Shown here piece by piece: positions 1-7,683 of a DNA stretch of 39,537 nucleotides (the stretch's first letter is position 1; each line of letters begins with the position of its first letter). A program made the translations under genes and the position numbers. Origin of the DNA: a virus (taxonomy: Duplodnaviria; Caudoviricetes); IMG/VR virus record IMGVR_UViG_3300048575_000405, positions 1 through 39,537 of that record; one strand, given 5' to 3'. A model generated the notes under the pieces. It did not search any database. It saw only the letters and a list, made by a program, of their open reading frames with translations, and was not told the origin of the DNA.

Positions 1-1191
1 TTATTCATTTGAATTCTCGATATCCACAGATGATTTTCTGGATCGCTTACCCGTCTTTTTCCCATGCTTATTTTGAGTAGATGCGTGAAGTAGGCGGTTA
101 TTGAGTGCATCAGAGAGGCCGTCGAACGAGACTGCCTGCTCAAGTCCGCGCACGTCATCGGCATCAAATGTGACATAGCGCTGAGCCTGGATCTTGATCG
201 ACGCACCGACCATTTTCTCGCGCTGCATGTCGGTAAAATCCGAGAGCTTGTTGGCGTAGTGCTCGTATGTCGCGCGCAGGTCATGCGGCCTGATATTAGC
301 GTTTGTGAGACCAGCCCTCTTGAGGGTCGTCCGCCACGCGCTCGCGATGCCGTCAGCTCGCATGTGCTTGCTGGGCTGGCCGCGGCGCGGGTACACGTAA
401 GGCGTAACAAGATCGGCCGCCCGCTGTTCAGCGAGTCGGCGCAGGAGAATCTGAGCAACGAATTCATTGATCGGGACCGGGCGCCCCTTCCTGGTTCTCG
501 TTGTCTCATCTCTGACCTGAAGCGCCCGCGCCACGAAGTCGATATCATCCCACCGCAGGTGCATCTGCTCGCCGCGACGGATCCCCATGAAGAGGTACAT
601 CGCAACGAATGGGAGTGCGGTACCGTGGGCGTTAGTGACGAGGGCGATGATTTGATCTCGAGTCAAGACCTTGAGCTTGCGAGACACGACCTCCGGAATC
701 TCGAATTCCGGCAGGACTCGGATGTACCCCTTGGTGATCTTCACCCAACGGAGGTACCCACCCAGAACCTTGCGGTGGTTCCTGAGATCGCCGACCGTTG
801 CCCGATCGCAATACTTAGCCCAGAGCTGGTCATTGATGTCAGCGAAAAATCGGTTCCCGAAGAACTTGAGCAAATGGTTTTCCCAGATGCTATCGATCTC
901 TTTTAGAGTGCCGCCGGCGATTTTCTTGCGGCCCTTCACGGTTCCCGCGGCTTGGTTCTCGCGAAAGGCGTAGTAGTCATTCCAGACGTGCTTAAGTCGA
1001 AACTTGAACGCGCTCGCGCCAAGCGAGTCGCGCGTCGCCTCATGAAGCTCTTTCGCCTTAATGGCCTTCTCGTCAGAAGTGAAGGCGCCAAGAACCCTCT
1101 CGTCGTCGCCACATCGGTAAACGTACTTGTCACCAATCCTGAACAAACGATCGACGATCTTGATACGCTTTGGTCGCGTTGACTCACCCAT
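1..1191 (-). CDS. int: Tyrosine recombinase (phage integrase)
   Basis: GIRRGE (catalytic R), TRTRKGR (K), PHDLRAT (HxxR), QRYV (Y); 396 aa. Confidence 0.92.
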   Translation of the reverse strand: MGESTRPKRIKIVDRLFRIGDKYVYRCGDDERVLGAFTSDEKAIKAKELHEATRDSLGASAFKFRLKHVWNDYYAFRENQAAGTVKGRKKIAGGTLKEIDSIWENHLLKFFGNRFFADINDQLWAKYCDRATVGDLRNHRKVLGGYLRWVKITKGYIRVLPEFEIPEVVSRKLKVLTRDQIIALVTNAHGTALPFVAMYLFMGIRRGEQMHLRWDDIDFVARALQVRDETTRTRKGRPVPINEFVAQILLRRLAEQRAADLVTPYVYPRRGQPSKHMRADGIASAWRTTLKRAGLTNANIRPHDLRATYEHYANKLSDFTDMQREKMVGASIKIQAQRYVTFDADDVRGLEQAVSFDGLSDALNNRLLHASTQNKHGKKTGKRSRKSSVDIENSNE

Positions 1192-1205
1192 GGCTCACCC
1201 ACCGC

Positions 1206-1436
1206 CTAGCCGCAGCGCTTGCGAAGTTCTTTGTCTCTTACCTCGTTCCAATCGACGAGAGTCATATTTCGAGGGCCGTATCGTTTAATCTCGTTGCGAG
1301 AAATTCTATTCTGAAGAGTGCGCCTGACGTACGGCGGAGCTGGGAGCTGCCATAGCTCCTGAAGTTTAACCAGGCATTCGTCTAGCGTGATTAACTCTTT
1401 ACCCTTCATGTCTTCGATGCTCTTTGGTCTTGCCAT
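1206..1436 (-). CDS. xis: Excisionase-like small basic winged-HTH protein
   Basis: 76 aa from ATG 1436 with GAGGT SD; ITLDE...RRTLQNRISRNEIKRYG..TLVDWNEV; directly upstream of int. Confidence 0.65.
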   Translation of the reverse strand: MARPKSIEDMKGKELITLDECLVKLQELWQLPAPPYVRRTLQNRISRNEIKRYGPRNMTLVDWNEVRDKELRKRCG

Positions 1437-1510
1437 AATCACCTCAATAGAATCTGCGTCTAAGTCGCTCGATCGCACATGTCCATCAATTTTCGCGTCG
1501 CGTTTTGATG

Positions 1511-1550
1511 TTGGACAGCGGCGGACAGTGATGGACTGTGGCGGACAATT
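1511..1550. repeat. Four GGAC-core direct repeats at exact 10-bp period
   Basis: ttggacagcg/gcggacagtg/atggactgtg/gcggacaatt. Confidence 0.75.
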
Positions 1551-1598
1551 ATTGAAAACGATTCTCACAACCCACGTTGCCCCCTCTCATGCTGAAAT

Positions 1599-1671
1599 CA
1601 GGCGAGCGCTCGCCTGCCTTATCACACACACCGACCAGACATGCCAGGCCCATCCCGGCACGAGCGCTCGT
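1599..1671. repeat. Two perfect palindromes sharing the core CGAGCGCTCG
   Basis: CAGGCGAGCGCTCGCCTG (1599-1616) and ACGAGCGCTCGT (1660-1671). Confidence 0.8.
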
Positions 1672-1678
1672 CTCAAAT

Positions 1679-1700
1679 CCCCGTCTTTCCGAGGTGTCAT
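1679..1700 (-). promoter_or_regulatory. ATGAC + stem-GAAAGA-stem hairpin motif, copy 2
   Basis: Minus strand ATGACACCTCGGAAAGACGGGG; same architecture as 2024-2045 with a different stem. Confidence 0.55.
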
Positions 1701-1930
1701 GAAGCGGGCCGGTCGCGACTCCGGCTCCTGCTATGGTCTCTCTTCTAAGCTCCTCCACCCATGAGAGTTGAGAATTCTCATGGGCGCTCATTAAAGAGCC
1801 GTGGCGCGTGATTGTAACCATAGTCGGGAACTTCTGCTTTCGCTTTCCCTGCGTTTCTCTAGCGAAGCTTTGTATGCTCACGCCCTTCGGCAGAACTCTC
1901 ATGCTCCACAGCTTCCAACGCCGCCGCCTC
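1700..1930 (-). ncRNA. tRNA-like expanded-cloverleaf structured RNA (231 nt)
   Basis: Acceptor GAGGCGG/CCGCTTC+A; D-like stem GCGTT/AACGC; stem GGGAA/TTCCC; long arm CTATGGTT/GACCATAG; T-like arm GCCGG-AGTCGCGA-CCGGC, all in canonical order. Confidence 0.65.
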
Positions 1931-2018
1931 AACGAATCACTCAAAGCCCCGCCTTAAACTCCTGCGTGCTTTAACGTAGCGTGCGGACACACCTATCTAC
2001 GCCTTTGAGCAATTCACT
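1931..2018 (-). ncRNA. 16-bp RNA helix abutting the 5' end of the tRNA-like element
   Basis: AGTGAATTGCTCAAAG pairs with CTTTGAGTGATTCGTT; all non-Watson-Crick pairs are G-U on the minus strand. Confidence 0.55.
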
Positions 2019-2023
2019 CAAGC

Positions 2024-2045
2024 CTCGGTCTTTCCCGAGCGTCAT
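2024..2045 (-). promoter_or_regulatory. ATGAC + stem-GAAAGA-stem hairpin motif, copy 1
   Basis: Minus strand ATGACGCTCGGGAAAGACCGAG. Confidence 0.55.
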
Positions 2046-2099
2046 CACCTCGTGGACATTTATAAAGGCCATCTGGAGGTGAGCCCTACATCCAGCCTT

Positions 2100-2184
2100 A
2101 AGTCATCACCTCAGGGAATGCGCCCAGGACTTGGTTTCCTTGGGAGGGACGGTGCCCCAAGCGCATTCCCCGAAGCGACGACTT
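2100..2184 (-). ncRNA. 31-bp uninterrupted RNA hairpin with CCCTCCC-containing loop
   Basis: AAGTCGTCGCTTCGGGGAATGCGCTTGGGGC pairs with GTCCTGGGCGCATTCCCTGAGGTGATGACTT; 8 G-U pairs, no other mismatch. Confidence 0.75.
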
Positions 2185-2194
2185 CGGGAGTTGG

Positions 2195-2524
2195 TTAAAA
2201 GACGCCATCCATATCGTCATCCCCATCGGTCGCTTCTGAAGCGTTCGTCTCGCTCTGTGCAGCTGCAAGCTTCGGCAGCTCCCAGTCATAAACAGGCCTT
2301 GGTTGATGCGACTTCGCCATTGCTCGCGCAGCCTCCTCACTTACTGGTGTAACTCGATAAATGCTTGACCCATTGAAATACTGGGTTGTGAACGTGTCGC
2401 CCTCGCTCGGAATGTCAATTCGGCCCATCACCGCTCCAAAGCGCTCCTCTTCGGTCACACGTCCAGCCATGCGAACATGGCCCATTAGTTCAACAACCGC
2501 CCACTTCTCAAATGCCATCCCCAT
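2195..2524 (-). CDS. Conserved phage hypothetical protein
   Basis: WAVVELMGH..AGRV.E...G...RIDIP motif typical of phage early proteins; SD AGGGG. Confidence 0.8.
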   Translation of the reverse strand: MGMAFEKWAVVELMGHVRMAGRVTEEERFGAVMGRIDIPSEGDTFTTQYFNGSSIYRVTPVSEEAARAMAKSHQPRPVYDWELPKLAAAQSETNASEATDGDDDMDGVF

Positions 2525-2542
2525 GCCCCTTTCTGGATTCGA

Positions 2543-2776
2543 TCAATTGATCATTCTGCTATGCTTGTTTACGATCTCGATGCACTCCTCTCGCGTCAGC
2601 AAACCGCGCGACGTGAGATTGTGAATCAATCCGCTCAGAATGTTCGACGCGACAACGCTCTCGCTCGCCTCTTGGCCGGTCCAGAAAAATGCCGACGCCC
2701 CATGCTTGCTGACTCCCAACAGAAAACCTGTCGGATGCTGATCCATCGCTTTTTTTAAAATTTGCTCGTTCATCAC
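2543..2776 (-). CDS. Hypothetical protein
   Basis: 77 aa; start overlaps upstream stop (GTGA). Confidence 0.65.
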   Translation of the reverse strand: MMNEQILKKAMDQHPTGFLLGVSKHGASAFFWTGQEASESVVASNILSGLIHNLTSRGLLTREECIEIVNKHSRMIN

Positions 2777-2952
2777 TCACCTACCCCTATGCTCATGAAA
2801 ATTGGCGCAACAAGCACGCCGACTACAAATGCCAAAATAATCGCGGTCACGATCCACGGCGCCGGCACGCGCACGATGCGAACAGGCCACGGACGACCGA
2901 CGATTTCGCCGTTTCTAATTTCAATGACTTCAGAAAGTTTCGGCGCGGTCAT
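2773..2952 (-). CDS. Small membrane protein
   Basis: 59 aa from ATGA overlap; C-terminal TM WIVTAIILAFVVGVLVAPIFM. Confidence 0.65.
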   Translation of the reverse strand: MTAPKLSEVIEIRNGEIVGRPWPVRIVRVPAPWIVTAIILAFVVGVLVAPIFMSIGVGE

Positions 2953-3203
2953 GCCGTCACCCCATGCGCAGCAAGCGCCTTGGTCCACTTCTCCTTAACG
3001 TCTTCCGCACAATGAGCCATCGCATCACTCCATATCGGCCATCGACCATGATCGTTATAAAACTTGTACTGGTAGTACATGCTCTGTTGATTATGCGGCA
3101 TCTCGGGCGCGTGATCGACGGCGCACTCCTGACAAACGCCAGGCTTACATGGAAGAAGCTTCCAGCCACCGAGGTGATTTTCTTGCGTGGCCCCCGCGGT
3201 CAT
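2949..3203 (-). CDS. Cys/His-rich phage protein (possible Zn-binding)
   Basis: CQECAVDH...PH...HC; ATGA coupling and GGAG SD. Confidence 0.75.
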   Translation of the reverse strand: MTAGATQENHLGGWKLLPCKPGVCQECAVDHAPEMPHNQQSMYYQYKFYNDHGRWPIWSDAMAHCAEDVKEKWTKALAAHGVTA

Positions 3204-3478
3204 GCCGTCATCTCCCTATCCGTAATCTCATGCACGACGGTCACCCCGATCTCACGCCTAAGTTGCTCCGCCATTTCGTAAGCATAAGTCCTAGCGTCTT
3301 TCGGATATTTTGGCGGTCCATCTTCAGTGACGTAAAGTTCTGCGTCGATCGCCTGGGCCATCTCGACAACACGCCGCCCAGCCTCTTCCCATTCTGCAAG
3401 CCGCTTATCGAGCGTCAGAGCAAGCGCATGGAGTCGCTCGACCCTCATTTGAACTTCTTGTTTCATACTCACTCCCAC
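3200..3478 (-). CDS. Hypothetical protein (start may be 3472 or 3466)
   Basis: Coupled ORF within the early operon. Confidence 0.65.
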   Translation of the reverse strand: MGVSMKQEVQMRVERLHALALTLDKRLAEWEEAGRRVVEMAQAIDAELYVTEDGPPKYPKDARTYAYEMAEQLRREIGVTVVHEITDREMTA

Positions 3479-3609
3479 TCCAAATCGATCTCTTGCAGAG
3501 TCATCAGCGCGTCGAGATCATTTGCGATGCCCTCGCGCTCGATCTCATCGATTGATTCATCGGCGAGTATCACGCTCAGGCGAGCGATTTCGGCTGCGAC
3601 GTCGTTCAT
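3469..3609 (-). CDS. Very acidic 46-aa protein
   Basis: MNDVAAEIARLSVILADESIDEIEREGIANDLDALMTLQEIDLEWE; ATGA overlap, GAGGAG SD. Confidence 0.65.
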   Translation of the reverse strand: MNDVAAEIARLSVILADESIDEIEREGIANDLDALMTLQEIDLEWE

Positions 3610-3878
3610 GGCTTTGGCTCCTCGAACTTCAGCTCCTCGAGTTTGAGCTTGCTGACTTCGTCGAGTACGTTCTTGAAGTGCTCCTCGATCGTGCCCTTGA
3701 AGCCCGCAATCAGCTTCGCTCGACGCAGGTTGTACCACTGCTCATTGACGTTAAATGTCTGACCAATAACTGGCCCGCCATTTCTGTAGAAATCTACTGC
3801 CGAAATGTTGCCGATTTCCGTTTTGCTCATCGTAACGATGTACTCGCTGGTATTGCCTGTCTGGCCTATGATCTTCAT
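3606..3878 (-). CDS. Hypothetical protein
   Basis: 90 aa from ATGA overlap, GGAGG SD. Confidence 0.7.
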   Translation of the reverse strand: MKIIGQTGNTSEYIVTMSKTEIGNISAVDFYRNGGPVIGQTFNVNEQWYNLRRAKLIAGFKGTIEEHFKNVLDEVSKLKLEELKFEEPKP

Positions 3879-5302
3879 AGAGCCGCCTCCGCGCACACGG
3901 GAGCACCAGCATGCATCTTAATGACTCGATCGTCAGATTCAGGCGCGAATGCTTCACCGACTTTCGTTAAGAAGTACTGAAATCCGTCATCTTGAATTTC
4001 ACGCCGAAGAACGGCGAACGTCGTTTCATCAAGAGCTTCGGCGCCATCTAAACAGATGAGCTTTGATGGACCCGCCACGGCACGAGCGATCGCGATTGCC
4101 AAACGCACGGCCGCACTCGATGAAAGATTTTCGATCTTCACGCCATCCAAAAAGAACTCGTCGCCTTCGTAAGAGAGGCCCTGGATCGGCATCTCTGCTT
4201 TTGTAAGTAAGTTTGAACCAAAGACCGCAAGCTTATCGACGATCACATCTAGATCGCTTGCGAACTTTTCAGCTTGAGTAGCTGCAAGCTTAAGAGTCCC
4301 GACTTGATCATGGCGCTGCTCAAGCGCGCGTCGATCAGCTCTGAGTTGAAGTTCTTCCAGGCAATCTTGAATCTGCCCGTTCCAACCTTCGATTGCGGCC
4401 TGATCTGGACCTTGGCTTTCCGGTTCATTCTTAAAACTCTCGAGCTTGCTTCGCATCACTGAATTCAACGACCGGTAGTGATCAATCGCCCTCTTTAGCT
4501 CAACAATGCGGGCTTCGAGTCCGGCGAGCTCACGCTCCTTTGTCTGAATCTCAGCCTCGTTCAATTTGATGTCATTTTCATCCGCTTCGATTCTCTTTGC
4601 GCGTTCGCGCTGCGCGGCCGCCTTGCCTTGCTCGATCGCGATGTTCTGCTTGAGAACCGCAATATGATCACGAATCTCAGATTCTGGCTTTGAAGACGTC
4701 GAATCTGGAAGGGGCGGAAGCTCGGCAAGCTTCACGCGAAATGTTTCGGTCTTGGTCTTCGCATCTTTGTTTGCTTCAGCACGACGCTGATAAAAATAAC
4801 GATGCGTTTGCTGAGCGACCTTAAGACCGTGCTGAGCGTAGTCGACGGGAGGCAAACCAACTGGACTTGCTCCCACAGCCGCGGCTAGATCGGCTTCGGT
4901 AAGCTTGATCGGAATCGCCGAAAGTAAGATTTCAGTGCGGCGCTTCGGATCAAGAAGCTCAAGCGGATTAAATGCGCCGGCGCCAAAAAACTTATCGAGA
5001 AACGTCTGGGGCTGTTGCGCTGTGAGGTCGCCGCGCTTCACAACAAGCGCCTGCTTGCCGTCTGACTTGAGACGACGACGAACGACGGTTTGATCGTCGA
5101 ATTCGACGATGATCTCAGCTTCAGTCTCGCCCTTTTTTACGAGCGAGCCGTCGGTTGAACCGCAGAGCCCAGTCTCGAGCGCCTTCAAAATCGATGTCTT
5201 GCCCTGGTTGTTCGCGCCGACAATCTGGTTAACTGAACCAGGACTGATTTCGGCTTCTGAAATCGTGAGAAAATTTTTGATTTGAAGCTTTGCGACTTTC
5301 AT
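3875..5302 (-). CDS. SMC/Rad50-like ABC-type ATPase with central coiled coil
   Basis: LQIKNF start, Walker A GANNQGKTS, coiled coil, LSSS signature, LICLDGAEALD Walker B/D-loop. Confidence 0.88.
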   Translation of the reverse strand: MKVAKLQIKNFLTISEAEISPGSVNQIVGANNQGKTSILKALETGLCGSTDGSLVKKGETEAEIIVEFDDQTVVRRRLKSDGKQALVVKRGDLTAQQPQTFLDKFFGAGAFNPLELLDPKRRTEILLSAIPIKLTEADLAAAVGASPVGLPPVDYAQHGLKVAQQTHRYFYQRRAEANKDAKTKTETFRVKLAELPPLPDSTSSKPESEIRDHIAVLKQNIAIEQGKAAAQRERAKRIEADENDIKLNEAEIQTKERELAGLEARIVELKRAIDHYRSLNSVMRSKLESFKNEPESQGPDQAAIEGWNGQIQDCLEELQLRADRRALEQRHDQVGTLKLAATQAEKFASDLDVIVDKLAVFGSNLLTKAEMPIQGLSYEGDEFFLDGVKIENLSSSAAVRLAIAIARAVAGPSKLICLDGAEALDETTFAVLRREIQDDGFQYFLTKVGEAFAPESDDRVIKMHAGAPVCAEAAL

Positions 5303-5568
5303 GCGGTCTCCATCATTCGTGTTTCAACTTCGTTTTTCGCTAGCGTCATGCCGTCTGGCTTCACGTTAGCTAGGCGCTCAGCAACGAGCTGCTTGTGCGA
5401 CTCCATCAGTGCGTCTACCAACGACATTGCGCCGCTTTCAGTGTGATCGTGACCATCGACAAAGATCGCCTCGATCTCGCCATCGGACGAAAAATCGACC
5501 TCGAGGTTTGCTCGAGTTGCGATTCCGAAGTGCGAGTCAGACAAAACAAATGAAAGGGTGTGAGTCAT
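5299..5568 (-). CDS. Hypothetical protein
   Basis: 89 aa from ATG 5568, filling the gap between recT and the ATPase. Confidence 0.6.
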   Translation of the reverse strand: MTHTLSFVLSDSHFGIATRANLEVDFSSDGEIEAIFVDGHDHTESGAMSLVDALMESHKQLVAERLANVKPDGMTLAKNEVETRMMETA

Positions 5569-5569
5569 G

Positions 5570-6448
5570 CTACACCCACTGCGTAGGACCTGAGTCCCAC
5601 GGCGGTTCGGAGTTTGGCGCTGGCTCGGTCTCGGGCTTTGCCTCGGCAGCTTTGGCTTGCGTCGGCGGCGCATCAGCTTGCGCCATCGCTTGAGACAAGC
5701 GACTTGGCTTCGGGCCAACGTCGCGCGCAGGCGCCGGGGATTCGTCAGAGCCAGAAAAATCGAACAGCTCATCCTCATTCCGAAATACCGCGTCGAGGTC
5801 AGAAGACATCGGAAGCCGCTTCGAAAGGCGGCGGATCGCAGTCTTCCTGCGCATCTCATCAGAGAATGGACCAGTCCACGGGCCAGAGTCCTTTGCTCGC
5901 GAAACGTTACGCACGTCTTGAACCTGAGTCTCGGTCAGGACTTCGATGTAGACCGCCTCGTCTTTCGTTTTCGCAAGAGCATAGACGCCGATAATCTTCC
6001 CGCGCTCGCCGAACATGAGCGGCTCGTGCTCGAGATGCTCACCGTCGCCATCGACCCAGTATCGAAACTTATCGTGCTCGCGCACGACTTGCGCAGTGAT
6101 CGCCGCGAGTTCGCCAGAATTGCGGACTTTCTTGAGAAGCCCGCCGAACATAGGCATGTATTGAACCATCGGCCCGTTCTTCGTTTTGAAGATCACGAGC
6201 GCGGCTTCGCGGCCGTCCGGAAGAAGGCCGTCTTGTGCAGATTTCATGCATGCGCCGTAGAGCGACCGGCGATCAGCCGCGAGCAAGTCAGGATTTGCTT
6301 GCACCGCAGTCAGAACGACGCGCACGAATTTCTCAGACGGAATCTGAGACGGGAGCGCGAGCTTGAATTGCTCCTCCATTTTTTGGAGGCTCGACCGAAG
6401 CTCGTCAATCGGAGCGAGTGCTTTTGTGGCTGGCGCCTGCGTGCTCAT
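5570..6448 (-). CDS. recT: RecT family single-strand annealing protein
   Basis: ALPSQI..EKFVRVVLTAV..NPDL, SLYGACMKSAQDGLLPDGREAALV, EMRRKTAIRRLSKRLPMS; ATGA overlap. Confidence 0.93.
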   Translation of the reverse strand: MSTQAPATKALAPIDELRSSLQKMEEQFKLALPSQIPSEKFVRVVLTAVQANPDLLAADRRSLYGACMKSAQDGLLPDGREAALVIFKTKNGPMVQYMPMFGGLLKKVRNSGELAAITAQVVREHDKFRYWVDGDGEHLEHEPLMFGERGKIIGVYALAKTKDEAVYIEVLTETQVQDVRNVSRAKDSGPWTGPFSDEMRRKTAIRRLSKRLPMSSDLDAVFRNEDELFDFSGSDESPAPARDVGPKPSRLSQAMAQADAPPTQAKAAEAKPETEPAPNSEPPWDSGPTQWV

Positions 6449-7356
6449 GCCGATTTCTCCTTTTTCCAATTAACTCTGAATCCGCGGTAGGCCTTGCATT
6501 CATATTCGACGTGGCCGCCGGCAACGACGCCGGCAGTGATTGAAAAGCCGTCAGCTATTGCCTTCTCAGCATCGCCAATCGTCATGAGAAGCTGAGCTTT
6601 GATCGCATCGCGAGCCGATTCGATTTGCTTCGCAGAATCACCGAGCTCGCGATACTTGAGAGCGAGGCCCGTGATTTCTTCGTTGCCGCGCGCATCGAAA
6701 ACCTTGCCGGCCATCGCATTACTATAAAGCTGAGCGATAAACCCAGCGTCGCGAGCGAAATCAATCGGCGGCATTTCACCGCGGTTAACGCGGTCCCAAA
6801 ATGCTGCGACTTTCGAACGCAGAGAATCGATGACGTCAGCTTGCGGTTCGCGCTTAAGAAGTACGACGCGGTTCCCGCCAACCAGTGCGCCGATGTAACC
6901 GAATTTTCGGCCAGTCACAGCAAACTGATGCTGGAGCTGGAGCTCGATGTGAAGCGGAGCTTCGACGCCCTCGTCAGAGACAAGCCAGCCGTCGCGAAAT
7001 GCGAGAGCGTCGACGTTCTTGATTTCAAGAAGGCCCTCGTCGCCGATCGCAAAATCGAATGACGAGCCCATGCGGAGCTCTTCGTCGCGCACGTACTCAT
7101 TCATGCGACGAATCTCCCAGCCCTGGTCTTCGGCAATGCCGTGAGCGATTGCGTCTTGAAGCCTGTTTCCCCAGAGCATGCGTTCGTTCGACTCAAGCTC
7201 AACGATGACAGCGTCTTTCTTGCGCGTGAAAAGCTCGAGTTCCGTGCAGTACGGAGAAAGATTAAAGAGAGCCGGGGACTCCGTGCTCGTGACGTCGACA
7301 GCTCTGAGTTCGCGCCAGTGCTGCTCATTTTTTGGTTCAATTGCTACCGCTGCCAT
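6445..7356 (-). CDS. YqaJ-like viral recombinase / lambda-exonuclease family nuclease
   Basis: W..LR...VTSTE, MLWGNRLQ, SSFDF...LLEIK, LQLQHQ; adjacent to recT. Confidence 0.9.
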   Translation of the reverse strand: MAAVAIEPKNEQHWRELRAVDVTSTESPALFNLSPYCTELELFTRKKDAVIVELESNERMLWGNRLQDAIAHGIAEDQGWEIRRMNEYVRDEELRMGSSFDFAIGDEGLLEIKNVDALAFRDGWLVSDEGVEAPLHIELQLQHQFAVTGRKFGYIGALVGGNRVVLLKREPQADVIDSLRSKVAAFWDRVNRGEMPPIDFARDAGFIAQLYSNAMAGKVFDARGNEEITGLALKYRELGDSAKQIESARDAIKAQLLMTIGDAEKAIADGFSITAGVVAGGHVEYECKAYRGFRVNWKKEKSA

Positions 7357-7455
7357 CGCTCACCTCACCGTGAAAAAACTTCATTTAATCTGTTGCACTT
7401 TATAAATGGCTGTCCTGGCGCTATATGAATCCTCAAACAAACAAAAGGAGCTCAC

Positions 7456-7683
7456 GTGAACCAGGACAGCCTGTATCAACTCTATCTTCGCTACTTCGCA
7501 TTCGTTCGCTCCGACGGAACTCTTGTCTCTCTTCTTGACGCTGACCAAAACACCAAGTTCTCAACCGACCACTATGTCGTGATCGCCAACGCCGTTGATG
7601 ATGCCAAGCGTGGCGTCATGCGCGCGCCGGAAAAGATCGCCGAAGCGCCCTCGGGCTCCGACAGCACGCCAGGCATTCGCTAA
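7456..7683 (+). CDS. Small hypothetical protein antisense to the early operon
   Basis: AAGGAG SD before GTG, AT-rich upstream; fills an otherwise empty gap. Confidence 0.7.
   Translation: MNQDSLYQLYLRYFAFVRSDGTLVSLLDADQNTKFSTDHYVVIANAVDDAKRGVMRAPEKIAEAPSGSDSTPGIR

Noticed and set aside
1700-1930. Canonical tRNA or tmRNA call
   Set aside because: No 7-nt anticodon loop, no TTCG T-loop and no CCA; too short for a typical tmRNA and no convincing resume/tag ORF (best candidate ends RATAL*). Kept only as tRNA-like.
1549-1944. 131-aa minus-strand ORF, the 2098-2340 ORF and the 1568 start for xis
   Set aside because: Non-protein-like composition, no clear SD, and complete overlap with G-U-biased helices; xis has a better SD at 1436.
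1437-2194. CRISPR or mini-CRISPR array
   Set aside because: Repeats are short (10-22 nt), not regularly spaced with unique spacers, and no cas genes are present.
5657-6490. Long plus-strand ORFs antisense to recT (also 259-906, 27173-28174, 28190-28966)
   Set aside because: Shadow ORFs of GC-rich, well-identified genes on the opposite strand.
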